Shown piece after piece: positions 28,463 through 36,735 of a stretch of 64,000 nucleotides of DNA. A program made the position numbers and the translations under genes. Numbering within the stretch: the stretch's first letter is position 1; every line of letters begins with the position of its first letter. The stretch is taken from assembly GCA_000146465.1 (NCBI GenBank), contig CP001945.1. One strand, given 5' to 3'. The notes below the pieces were generated by a model. That model worked only from the letters and a program-made list of their open reading frames with translations, searched no databases and was not told where the DNA came from.

Positions 28463-30373
28463 TTGCCAGATTTAGGGATGGAAATAATGCGAAGAGGGTT
28501 GGCCCTTACAAAAGTTCTAAACATTCTTATGGCGTTGGGTGGAGCTAAAAAAATAAGACTTGATTCTGGGGATGGAGTCTCTTGCTCGGACTCTGGAGAA
28601 ATCCTGGATGGAATGCTAAACCTAATGGAGATGTATGGGGTGGATGGATATCTTACACTTACTTCGGACGAACACCTAAATGAGTATATAGGAGAGGGAG
28701 ATCAAAGGGTTAGGTTCCTGACGGGGTTTTCTGGATCGAACGGAATGGCTGTAACATGTGCCTATCCTGCTTTGTATACGGATTCGAGGTATTACATTCA
28801 AGCAGCAAACGAGTCGAAGAAGTACAAGCTTAAGAAGATGGAAGAAGACGAGAGAATTGAAGAGTATTTGGAAGCATGCAAATGTAAACAGATTGGAATA
28901 TGCAAGAAGTTCATGAGATCTAAGAGATACGAGGATCTAAAGAAGAGGTTGGAGTCCAAAGGAATATCTTTGAAGCCTATTGATGAGGATCTTGTGGATA
29001 TCTTGTGGAAAGACAAGCCGAAAAGGACATTTAATAAGGTGTATAGTATTGAAGAAGAGAGGATTTCGAAGTACAAAGAGGAGCTTATGGAATTGTGCCA
29101 AGATCCTGAGGACAAGAATATATTAGAAGGGAAAGTCCTTGATAGGGATGTTAGCGTTGTTGGAAGAACATATAAGGAAAAGATAGAAGAGATAAGATCA
29201 TTTCTTGAGGTAGGCCAAACAATGGTCTTTACGGAGCTTGACACAATAGCCTGGATGTTTAATCTCAGAGGATCGGATGTTTCCTACAACCCTGTTTTTT
29301 ACTCTTACGCCCTTTTATCCAAGGATTCAGCAAAGCTATTTACCAATGAAGGGAATATAAAGATGGATGGAGTGGAAGTTTATCCTTACGACGACTTCTC
29401 CAAACATGCAGCAGAGCTCGAGGGTGATATTATTATTTCCGGGGAGTGTAATGCATATATAAAGGATCTGTTCAAGAACGTGCAGTATTGCGACAAGGTG
29501 AGGCTTCTCCAGTCGCAGAAGAGAGAGGTAGAAATCGAAGGATTCCGTTTGTCTTATATGTTTGATGGAATGGCACTTGTAGAGCTATTTGAGTGGATAG
29601 ATCTAAGTCTTGATAAGGGGATATCTGAAAAGAATATCAAAGAGAAGCTGGAAGAGATCAAGAAAAGGTTTTCTGGATATGTCCAGCCCAGCTTTGAATC
29701 AATAGTTGGAGGAGGGCCAAATGGAGCAATTGTTCACCACAAGGCAAGTGATAGGCCTGTATCTCGAGATGAAGTTATCCTTATTGATAGCGGGTCTCAA
29801 TACATGTTTGGAACCACAGACACCACACGGACCTTGCATTTTGGAAATCCAAAAGACGAGGAAAGAAAGAGCTACACCCGTGTTCTCAAAGGACAACTAA
29901 GATCAATGAGGATGAAATTTCCGCTCTCTATGAATGCATCTGTGCTGGATTCAATGTCAAGAATAGACTTGTGGAGCGAGATGCTTGACTACGGGCATGC
30001 TACAGGGCACGGAGTGGGGCACTTTCTGTGTGTTCACGAACATCCCCCAACCATCTCCTTTGGAGGTGAACAGACTCTAAAACCTGGGCAGGTGTTTTCG
30101 ATTGAGCCGGGGTTTTACAAGGAGGGAGAATATGGGATAAGAATTGAAAATCTTGTATATCTGAAAGAAATCAATCAGAAGTTCTACAAGATCCAAAACT
30201 TGACCTTTGTCCCATATCACCTCAAGCTTGTAGATACCGCCATGATGTCCCAGGAAGAGGTAGATCATTTGAACAGAATCTCCGAAGAGATAAGACTCAT
30301 CTTGAAACCCCTCATGAAAGGAAGACCTGGATACAGGTATCTTATGGAAAATACAGAACCTATCAGTAAATAA
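28463..30373 (+). CDS. Xaa-Pro aminopeptidase (aminopeptidase P, M24B family).
   Basis: The M24 pita-bread domain carries the metal ligands in ...ILIDSGSQYMFGTTDTTRT... and HATGHGVGHFLCVHEHP, plus the GQVFSIEPGFY motif. The N-terminal creatinase-like domain is also present. Confidence 0.9.
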   Translation: MPDLGMEIMRRGLALTKVLNILMALGGAKKIRLDSGDGVSCSDSGEILDGMLNLMEMYGVDGYLTLTSDEHLNEYIGEGDQRVRFLTGFSGSNGMAVTCAYPALYTDSRYYIQAANESKKYKLKKMEEDERIEEYLEACKCKQIGICKKFMRSKRYEDLKKRLESKGISLKPIDEDLVDILWKDKPKRTFNKVYSIEEERISKYKEELMELCQDPEDKNILEGKVLDRDVSVVGRTYKEKIEEIRSFLEVGQTMVFTELDTIAWMFNLRGSDVSYNPVFYSYALLSKDSAKLFTNEGNIKMDGVEVYPYDDFSKHAAELEGDIIISGECNAYIKDLFKNVQYCDKVRLLQSQKREVEIEGFRLSYMFDGMALVELFEWIDLSLDKGISEKNIKEKLEEIKKRFSGYVQPSFESIVGGGPNGAIVHHKASDRPVSRDEVILIDSGSQYMFGTTDTTRTLHFGNPKDEERKSYTRVLKGQLRSMRMKFPLSMNASVLDSMSRIDLWSEMLDYGHATGHGVGHFLCVHEHPPTISFGGEQTLKPGQVFSIEPGFYKEGEYGIRIENLVYLKEINQKFYKIQNLTFVPYHLKLVDTAMMSQEEVDHLNRISEEIRLILKPLMKGRPGYRYLMENTEPISK

Positions 30374-30490
30374 AGGCCTCTATACTGTTTTTTGATTGTT
30401 CTCTAAAGATTTATTTAACAATATTGCACTGGCGAACTTCTCCATTCCTTTTGTGAGAAAATACAACAATTAGTTCAGAGATAGCACTAA

Positions 30491-31231
30491 TCAAACATCG
30501 TACTCGGGAGGATCAATCAAGTCGTACAACAGATTGATGTTTCTTTTGCAAAGAGGGCAGGTATCCTTCAAATCTAGCCATTCGTCTATGCACTCTTGAT
30601 GGAAATGATGGCCACACGGGAGGAGCTTCAGCTTGATTCCCGGAATGTAGTTATCAAAGCATATTGCACAATGGTATGTGTCATCGGAAACATCATTTTG
30701 GTCCTTATACATAACCTCCTGGAGCTTTGGCTTCACAAATGTTATGAGGAACAGAAGCAAAACAATGGCCAGGAGAGGGGCAATGAAGGCCACAAATCCA
30801 AGTCCTACAAACACAACCGTCGTATAGTACAGCAATGGATTTGCAACATTACAATTTTCGCATTCTTGAATCCAGTTGAACCCGATGAGGTACCAGAACA
30901 AAAGAAGAGCTTCTATGAAGTTGGAAAACAGGGTTATGTCTGTGTTCTCCCTGTACTCTGGTATTCTACTGATTCTAAAGAATGGGAGGTTTTTCGACAT
31001 GAATATCCCGAACTTGGCTATTGTTATTACCATGTATACAAGCAGAAAAAGTTTTAAGGGAACTTCACACTTTTCGTTTCTCGTAAGAAAGAGTATAATG
31101 AAGCTGGTAACGATCTTGAGGACCTTTAGAAACCCTTCTACAATGATTAATGCCTTCAGAAACTTCAATGCGTTGGTTCTTTCCTGAGCTTGGGAATTTA
31201 TAAAATCCGGCTCGCCATCCCTCACATCCAT
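30491..31231 (-). CDS. Membrane-anchored RING-H2 finger protein, a putative E3 ubiquitin ligase.
   Basis: Several N-terminal transmembrane helices are followed by a C-terminal RING-H2 finger, CAICFDNYIPGIKLKLLPCGHHFHQECIDEWLDLKDTCPLC. Confidence 0.7.
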   Translation of the reverse strand: MDVRDGEPDFINSQAQERTNALKFLKALIIVEGFLKVLKIVTSFIILFLTRNEKCEVPLKLFLLVYMVITIAKFGIFMSKNLPFFRISRIPEYRENTDITLFSNFIEALLLFWYLIGFNWIQECENCNVANPLLYYTTVVFVGLGFVAFIAPLLAIVLLLFLITFVKPKLQEVMYKDQNDVSDDTYHCAICFDNYIPGIKLKLLPCGHHFHQECIDEWLDLKDTCPLCKRNINLLYDLIDPPEYDV

Positions 31232-31360
31232 TCACATCCTTTTTTCTATTTTTCTTTTTATTTTTTTCAAAGGGGCTGTCTGTCTCCATTGGTAAATCCT
31301 AAAACCCTCTGTATAAATGGGAGTCCAGAATGGGAATTTTTCGATTGCTACGGTTCTGGA

Positions 31361-32452
31361 CTAGTGGGATTGCTCAAATCCTCTTTGAAGAGAGAGACAC
31401 CGTGCCTCGAGCTTGTACATGTACTTGGATGGGGATACCTTCCTCACTATCTTTATCATGGCTGGATCTGCCCGAAGACCCACTCTTGAGAAGATGTATT
31501 GAATGACGTCTTCATTGCTTTTGCAGAAGAAATAGCAGTGAACCAACGACTTATTCCCCCAGGCACTAATTTTTTGAAGATAGTCCAAGCTATACTCGGG
31601 TAGATTCAAGAAGAAATGGTCTACTTCTCTTCCTGCCATTTTCTCGAGGAATTCGGCTGCAGGGAGATTGAAGATTTCAATCTTTTTTGGATCGAGCTTA
31701 TTGATCTTAATGGATTTCCTTAAGCATTCAATGGCGTGAGAGTTCAAGTCGTTTGAGTATACTCTGCAGCCCTTCTTAAGTGCTGCCAACGAAACAGGCC
31801 CCACTCCACAGAAGGGATCGCACACCACATCCCCAACCTGGAACTTCTTCACAAGAATCATTCTTTCGCTTTGGAGCTTGGAACACCAATAGACATTTCT
31901 ATAGTCTATGCAAAAGAGAATGTCTCCTTCCCTGTGAATAGTCTCCAGCACAGGATCTCCTCCTATAACCTCCAGATCAAAGGATCGATACTCATTCGAT
32001 ATTTGACCAATCTTTGTTATCACTGTTCTACCTGTTTTATCGTGAACAACTTGTCCAATTACATTCTTATATTTCATCTGCTCCTCATCTAGATTCAAGT
32101 GAATTATGGATCCGACAATTTCAAAGGATGAAGGTGTTTGAACTTCTTTCGGCAATATTCTTTGAAGAGCCTCGCTGTAAGTAAAATATTCATAGCACAA
32201 CTCCAGTTCTATATGGATTAGGACATCTTCCTGGCTCAAAAAGTCTTCGTTGATTAGGACTAGGAGGTCGTGGTCGGTTTCAGTTAGAATCTTGAACGTG
32301 TCATACTTCTTTCTAGTTCGGATTACCGATGGAATGCGAGGAATTTTTCTGATGGATTCCTTGATTTTTTGGATGCAATTCGGAACTTCTTCTTCACTTG
32401 TTCCCAGTGCCTTCAGACAAAGTACTGATCTCACTTCATTCCTAAAATCCAT
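31361..32452 (-). CDS. TRM5: tRNA (guanine37-N1)-methyltransferase Trm5.
   Basis: Met-10+ methyltransferase core: VVCDPFCGVGPVSLAALKKGCRVYSNDLNSHAIECLRKSIKINKL ... FFLNLPE. This matches Trm5 (VVDVFAGVGPFAIP..NCTVFANDLNP ... VMNLPA). Confidence 0.8.
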   Translation of the reverse strand: MDFRNEVRSVLCLKALGTSEEEVPNCIQKIKESIRKIPRIPSVIRTRKKYDTFKILTETDHDLLVLINEDFLSQEDVLIHIELELCYEYFTYSEALQRILPKEVQTPSSFEIVGSIIHLNLDEEQMKYKNVIGQVVHDKTGRTVITKIGQISNEYRSFDLEVIGGDPVLETIHREGDILFCIDYRNVYWCSKLQSERMILVKKFQVGDVVCDPFCGVGPVSLAALKKGCRVYSNDLNSHAIECLRKSIKINKLDPKKIEIFNLPAAEFLEKMAGREVDHFFLNLPEYSLDYLQKISAWGNKSLVHCYFFCKSNEDVIQYIFSRVGLRADPAMIKIVRKVSPSKYMYKLEARCLSLQRGFEQSH

Positions 32453-32533
32453 TTATGAAGGGCTTCTTCTTTTCTGCCATACCACCGAAAACGGAAAGGA
32501 AATCTTATCAAATAGAAACATTTATTGTCTTTT

Positions 32534-33058
32534 TCAGTTTGAACTTTCTTTATCATAAAGATCCAGGGTTATAGCTGCCAGCTCCATTACCTTCTTCTTG
32601 TACTCCTTTTCGTTTTCCCTCAGATGCTGTGCTGCATCCACGTTTGCTGGGCTTTCGCAGTTAGGAGATGTAAGAAGCGTTATTATGCTGAGTATCACGC
32701 TTTCAGGTGTTCTTACCGGAAGCCATCTATCTCCCAGAGATTCGTATCCATACTCATCCTCCCCGGGATTGTGCAATATAGATATGCAAACATTTCCGTT
32801 TTCATCTATATTTGGATGCCACATCTTCGAACAGAAACGAAAACTCGGCGGTGAATCCGGATAGTCGAGGGGGAAGAGCATCCGTCCTTTGAAGATCCCA
32901 TTTTCGTATGGCGTCATCCTAGGCCCGAAGATTAGAATTTCCCACGTGTATATGTCTCCATCGACAAGGCCGACACTGTAATACTCGTTGGGGTTTTCTT
33001 GGATTCTCTTGTAGTCTTTTAAAAGAAGTCCTCTTGAAAAGCCTCCCTTCTTTCCCAT
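32534..33058 (-). CDS. Ubiquitin-conjugating enzyme E2, Ubc7/UBE2G-like with an acidic loop insertion.
   Basis: The UBC fold carries HPNIDENGNVCISILH with the active-site Cys, followed by the UBE2G-type insertion PGEDEYGYESLGDRWLPV. The probable start is the Met MGKKGGFS; the ORF track carries a spurious N-terminal extension up to 33196. Confidence 0.85.
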   Translation of the reverse strand: MGKKGGFSRGLLLKDYKRIQENPNEYYSVGLVDGDIYTWEILIFGPRMTPYENGIFKGRMLFPLDYPDSPPSFRFCSKMWHPNIDENGNVCISILHNPGEDEYGYESLGDRWLPVRTPESVILSIITLLTSPNCESPANVDAAQHLRENEKEYKKKVMELAAITLDLYDKESSN

Positions 33059-33241
33059 ATTGTTTTCTTGGGTTTGAAATCTTAATGGTTTATATATAGT
33101 TTCGAATAGGTAGCAGAAAGCCATTTGGCTCGAAGAACAGATGAAACCTGTCGGCCATGCCAGACAGATGTAAACATCCAGATCAACCATCTGCATTGTT
33201 CAAGAGGCTTTGACAAATATTTTCCAAAATTTTCACCCTGA

Positions 33242-33712
33242 ATGGAGGAAGTAAAGAAGCTGAAGGTCTTTCCAAGACAGACAGGCGTGTATCTCAAGCC
33301 ATACGCAGCAGATGGGGAGCAGCCAGAGAGGAGAGTCAGGGCAGAGGTCTGTGGGTTCAAGGCTCCGGAAACTGCTTACACACGGCAGTACATCGATAAG
33401 AAGTGTCCGTTTACAGGTGATATCAATGTCCGAGGAAGGACTTTCAAGGGAATTGTTAAGAAGATGAAGGCTGAGAAAACCATTGTTGTTGTTGTCAACT
33501 ATGTTCATTACAGCAAGAAGTATAAGAGATATTCAAGAAGACACACCAACTTCTCTGTTCACATGTCTCCTTGCTTTGAAGGAATGATTAATGTGGGAGA
33601 CACTGTTATCTGTGGAGAAACCAGGCCTCTTTCCAAGACAAAGTCGTCGGTGGTCTTGGGATATACCAAGAAAGCTACGCCTGGTTCGTTCAAGCTTCTT
33701 GAAAGCATCTAA
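33242..33712 (+). CDS. RPS11: 40S ribosomal protein S11 (uS17).
   Basis: The sequence [63 protein letters not shown] matches RPS11 ([63 protein letters not shown]). The upstream motif CCAAAATTTTCACCC lies 4 nt before the ATG. Confidence 0.9.
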   Translation: MEEVKKLKVFPRQTGVYLKPYAADGEQPERRVRAEVCGFKAPETAYTRQYIDKKCPFTGDINVRGRTFKGIVKKMKAEKTIVVVVNYVHYSKKYKRYSRRHTNFSVHMSPCFEGMINVGDTVICGETRPLSKTKSSVVLGYTKKATPGSFKLLESI

Positions 33713-33782
33713 TAAAGCTACGTTATCCTTTAAAAGTATCTGCACCATAGAATTCAAGAACAACACGTCCTTATAAATCCTT

Positions 33783-34154
33783 GTGTCCAAGGGCTTCCCG
33801 ATGAAGCTATTGAACGATTGGGAGAAAGAAGAGATAATCCATAAAAGCAAAATAGTAAATTTCGACTTCCTAGAAAAAAAAGACTTCATCAGCGAGGTTA
33901 AAGACGGATTCTATTATCTCTCCAAGGATATCAAGGCGGTTGAGACCGAACTATGGAAGAAGGCCAACGATGAGTTAGCAGACCACTTAGATATAAAGGA
34001 CATAGATAAAGAGATCAAAAGATTCATATTTCTTCTGAACAGATATAATGAAATCAAAGACATAGGACAGGAACTCATTGGTAGAATAGCCAGCCTAAGA
34101 CAGACCACTGCTCGAGATATTCATGAGGAACTAGGGATGGAGACTGAACTGTAG
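33783..34154 (+). CDS. SWI5: Swi5/Sae3-family recombination mediator, a small coiled-coil protein.
   Basis: The C-terminal motif IFLLNRYNEIKDIGQELIGRIASLRQTTARDIHEELGM matches the Swi5 domain signature (L..YNeiKD.gQ.LiG.iA..rgvt.k.vyeefG). A coiled coil lies upstream. Confidence 0.6.
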   Translation: MSKGFPMKLLNDWEKEEIIHKSKIVNFDFLEKKDFISEVKDGFYYLSKDIKAVETELWKKANDELADHLDIKDIDKEIKRFIFLLNRYNEIKDIGQELIGRIASLRQTTARDIHEELGMETEL

Positions 34155-34174
34155 ATTCTCAGAAGGCATGGAAA

Positions 34175-35083
34175 CTAGTAAATACAGTCTGTGTTTTGGC
34201 TGCCTTCTATTAAAACTATTTCTTCTGGCATCATAATCTTTTCTTTCATAACATCTATTGGATGGTAAGCTAGGCTGTCTTTTCCTCCATCCTTTATGCA
34301 TAAGGATCTTCCTATGTGGCATTTTGTTTCAATACTATATCCAAGAATACTACATGGACTATATGGCTTGTTGCACTCTCCCTTGAACACAACGTCGTTG
34401 CACATTCCAATGTGCACAATATTGTCGTAGGCTCTTCCTATGGTATAGAGTCCAAGGATATTTGCCATGTATGCATCCCCGGGAGAAGAGAAGGCCATTA
34501 CAGGGAGACCATATCGAATTCCTGCCAGGGATGCAATTGTTCCTCCAAGCGAGTGTCCAGTGAGAACCAATCTGCTTTCCGGATATGCTTCTTTCACAGA
34601 GTCAATTATCTTCAAGGCGTCATCAAAATAGCCTATTCTACCAAACTCCATTCTCTTTTCTTCTTCGCATCTTCTGCTTTTGCATATAGAGTACAAGATC
34701 TTGTCCAAAAACTTGTCTTTCTTGGATGTTTTTCCTATTCCCATCCCCATCACAGAAAGTGTTGTTCCTTTGAACGCAATAACTATCTTCTCATCATGTC
34801 TAAAGACCTTTGCTCTTAACCCGTCTCCATCGTATCCAAACCTGGCTTGCACCGTGTCTAGATCATGGCTACTGTATGCATTTGAAGCCATCCAAATGAA
34901 TTCTAAGAGATAAATCCTCTCCAGGAAGTTTAGGGTGTGTTCTTGAAATAAGGCTGTATTTACCTTGGGACTGTTTTCCGCTCCATCTCCGGAAGGATGG
35001 GAAGTATTCCAAATCCTATAGTCCATGTCATATAAAGAGGTTTGTAGAAGATACAAAAGCATTATAAAGAAGCTTACCTCCAA
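34175..35083 (-). CDS. Class-3 lipase of the alpha/beta-hydrolase fold with an N-terminal membrane anchor, possibly Atg15-like.
   Basis: An N-terminal hydrophobic segment precedes a lipase_3 core containing the nucleophile elbow VLTGHSLGGTIASLAG. Confidence 0.65.
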   Translation of the reverse strand: MEVSFFIMLLYLLQTSLYDMDYRIWNTSHPSGDGAENSPKVNTALFQEHTLNFLERIYLLEFIWMASNAYSSHDLDTVQARFGYDGDGLRAKVFRHDEKIVIAFKGTTLSVMGMGIGKTSKKDKFLDKILYSICKSRRCEEEKRMEFGRIGYFDDALKIIDSVKEAYPESRLVLTGHSLGGTIASLAGIRYGLPVMAFSSPGDAYMANILGLYTIGRAYDNIVHIGMCNDVVFKGECNKPYSPCSILGYSIETKCHIGRSLCIKDGGKDSLAYHPIDVMKEKIMMPEEIVLIEGSQNTDCIY

Positions 35084-35122
35084 ACAGTCTTTTGTTTATA
35101 GCTGTTTCATCTCTAACCTCCC

Positions 35123-36040
35123 TTGAAGATTATGGAAAGCGTTTCGCCATGGATCATCCTTTTAGACATTATTGATCTTGCAGTAGGAGCCATCCAGCTA
35201 GGAACACAAAAAAGGATGGATGGAGTCTTGGAAAGATTCATAGTCATAGTAATGCTCAAATGTATGGAGCGAGAGATGCAGAGCAGATCTCCTCTCATAG
35301 GAGCAAGACATTTGATTGCTTGCGACTCCTCCAAACCACTCCTTACAAGAGGATTGGAATGTCTAGGAATTGTTGATTTGCCTAGATACATTTCAGAGAC
35401 CTTAGGCGAGATAAAGAGAGAGCCTGGTGCTTTTGCAGAGATCATGAGTATTTCTCTGGCTTGCTTTGTAGTCCAAGCCTTTCTGTTCAGATCATCTTCC
35501 ACCAACCTGAAGAGAAAAACCTTCCATGTCTTTGCGTTTCTTGTGTTCTACAAAGGACATCGCCTCTCATTTCTACTTAGCGAAGGCTTCTTTCTGATTT
35601 TGGGTCTGTTGTCGCCGTGTAGACATGTCAATTCTCTCCTTACACCTTACCTCAGCAGACACGATAGGGAACACAGTGTATTATCGCATGTCTATCTTTT
35701 GCTGGCTTGCACATACCCAAGGATGTTCATGAGACATAAAGAATATGTTTCGGCACTGATTTCTATATGCTTTCAAGACTCAATGGCCTCAGTTGTTGGA
35801 GAATGGTTTGGGAAGACAGAGAAATCCATACAGGGTGCAATAGGAGGAGTAGTATCCGGAATAGCAATTTATTTTGCTCTTTACAGAAAAGTCGACATGG
35901 TACTGTTCTTCATAGTTGCAGGCATAGTGGAATATCTTATTCCCATCAATGACAACATTGCCATTCCGCTTTCTGCAATTTCATACTCCTGGTTATCGAA
36001 GAAGATTATGAGCAGCATCCCTTCTTGGGCTGTGGTTTGA
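35123..36040 (+). CDS. Polytopic membrane CTP-dependent kinase-like protein, a dolichol kinase Sec59-like candidate.
   Basis: Multiple transmembrane helices are present. The C-terminal motif DSMASVVGEWFGKTEKSIQGAIGGVVSGIA fits the dolichol/phytol-kinase signature (GD..A...G..fGk....K.....G...g). Its 3' end overlaps the Rab11 3' end by 35 nt. Confidence 0.5.
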   Translation: MKIMESVSPWIILLDIIDLAVGAIQLGTQKRMDGVLERFIVIVMLKCMEREMQSRSPLIGARHLIACDSSKPLLTRGLECLGIVDLPRYISETLGEIKREPGAFAEIMSISLACFVVQAFLFRSSSTNLKRKTFHVFAFLVFYKGHRLSFLLSEGFFLILGLLSPCRHVNSLLTPYLSRHDREHSVLSHVYLLLACTYPRMFMRHKEYVSALISICFQDSMASVVGEWFGKTEKSIQGAIGGVVSGIAIYFALYRKVDMVLFFIVAGIVEYLIPINDNIAIPLSAISYSWLSKKIMSSIPSWAVV

Positions 36041-36650
36041 CCTCTTTCAGGTTTTCCTTACTGAACTCAACGCTTTTAAGTTTCCTCTTTCCTATTGAGG
36101 CTTTCTGGGTCTTTACCTTCTTGTGAATCGTCTTAACAAGTTCAAGAAATGCTTCTCGGACATTTTCTCCAGTCAGTGCCGAAGTCTCAAAAAACGACAA
36201 CTCGTTTGTAACTGCTTCATCCTTTCCCTTCTGTGTGTCCACATCTCTGTCGTCCTCTAGATCCTTTTTGTTTCCAATGAGCACAATTGGAATCTCGCTC
36301 GGTGAGAAGTCTCGAAGCTGCTTCAACCACAGACTAGTGGCCTTCTTTAGACTGTCTTTGTTTGTAATGTCGTAGACGATGGCAGCACCAGATGTTCCCC
36401 TATAATATGCCTGAACAATGGCCTGGTATCTCTCTTGCCCAGCTGTGTCCCATATCTGGGCCTTGACAATGTCCTCGCCTATCTTGAAGGTGATTGTACC
36501 AAACTCGACGCCGATTGTTGCCTTTGAATCCTTATGGAACTCGTTTCTTGTCAACTTCGAAAGAAGGTTTGTCTTTCCGACAGCCGAATCTCCTATCAAG
36601 ACTATCTTGAAGAGATAGTCGAAGTTTTCACTCTTTGTGATGCCAGGCAT
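36006..36650 (-). CDS. RAB11: Rab11-family small GTPase.
   Basis: From the internal Met, the sequence [43 protein letters not shown]...[32 protein letters not shown]...LIGNKKDL...KKGCCS is near-identical to Rab11 ([44 protein letters not shown]...[32 protein letters not shown]). The C-terminal CC prenylation motif is present. The ORF track carries a 22-aa spurious N-terminal extension. Confidence 0.9.
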   Translation of the reverse strand: [214 protein letters not shown]

Positions 36651-36735
36651 TCCAAATAAACATATAGGACTTATAAGAGCAGAATATCTAAAACCATATC
36701 CAAAACACTCCATCATCTATCATTCCTAAGGATAA

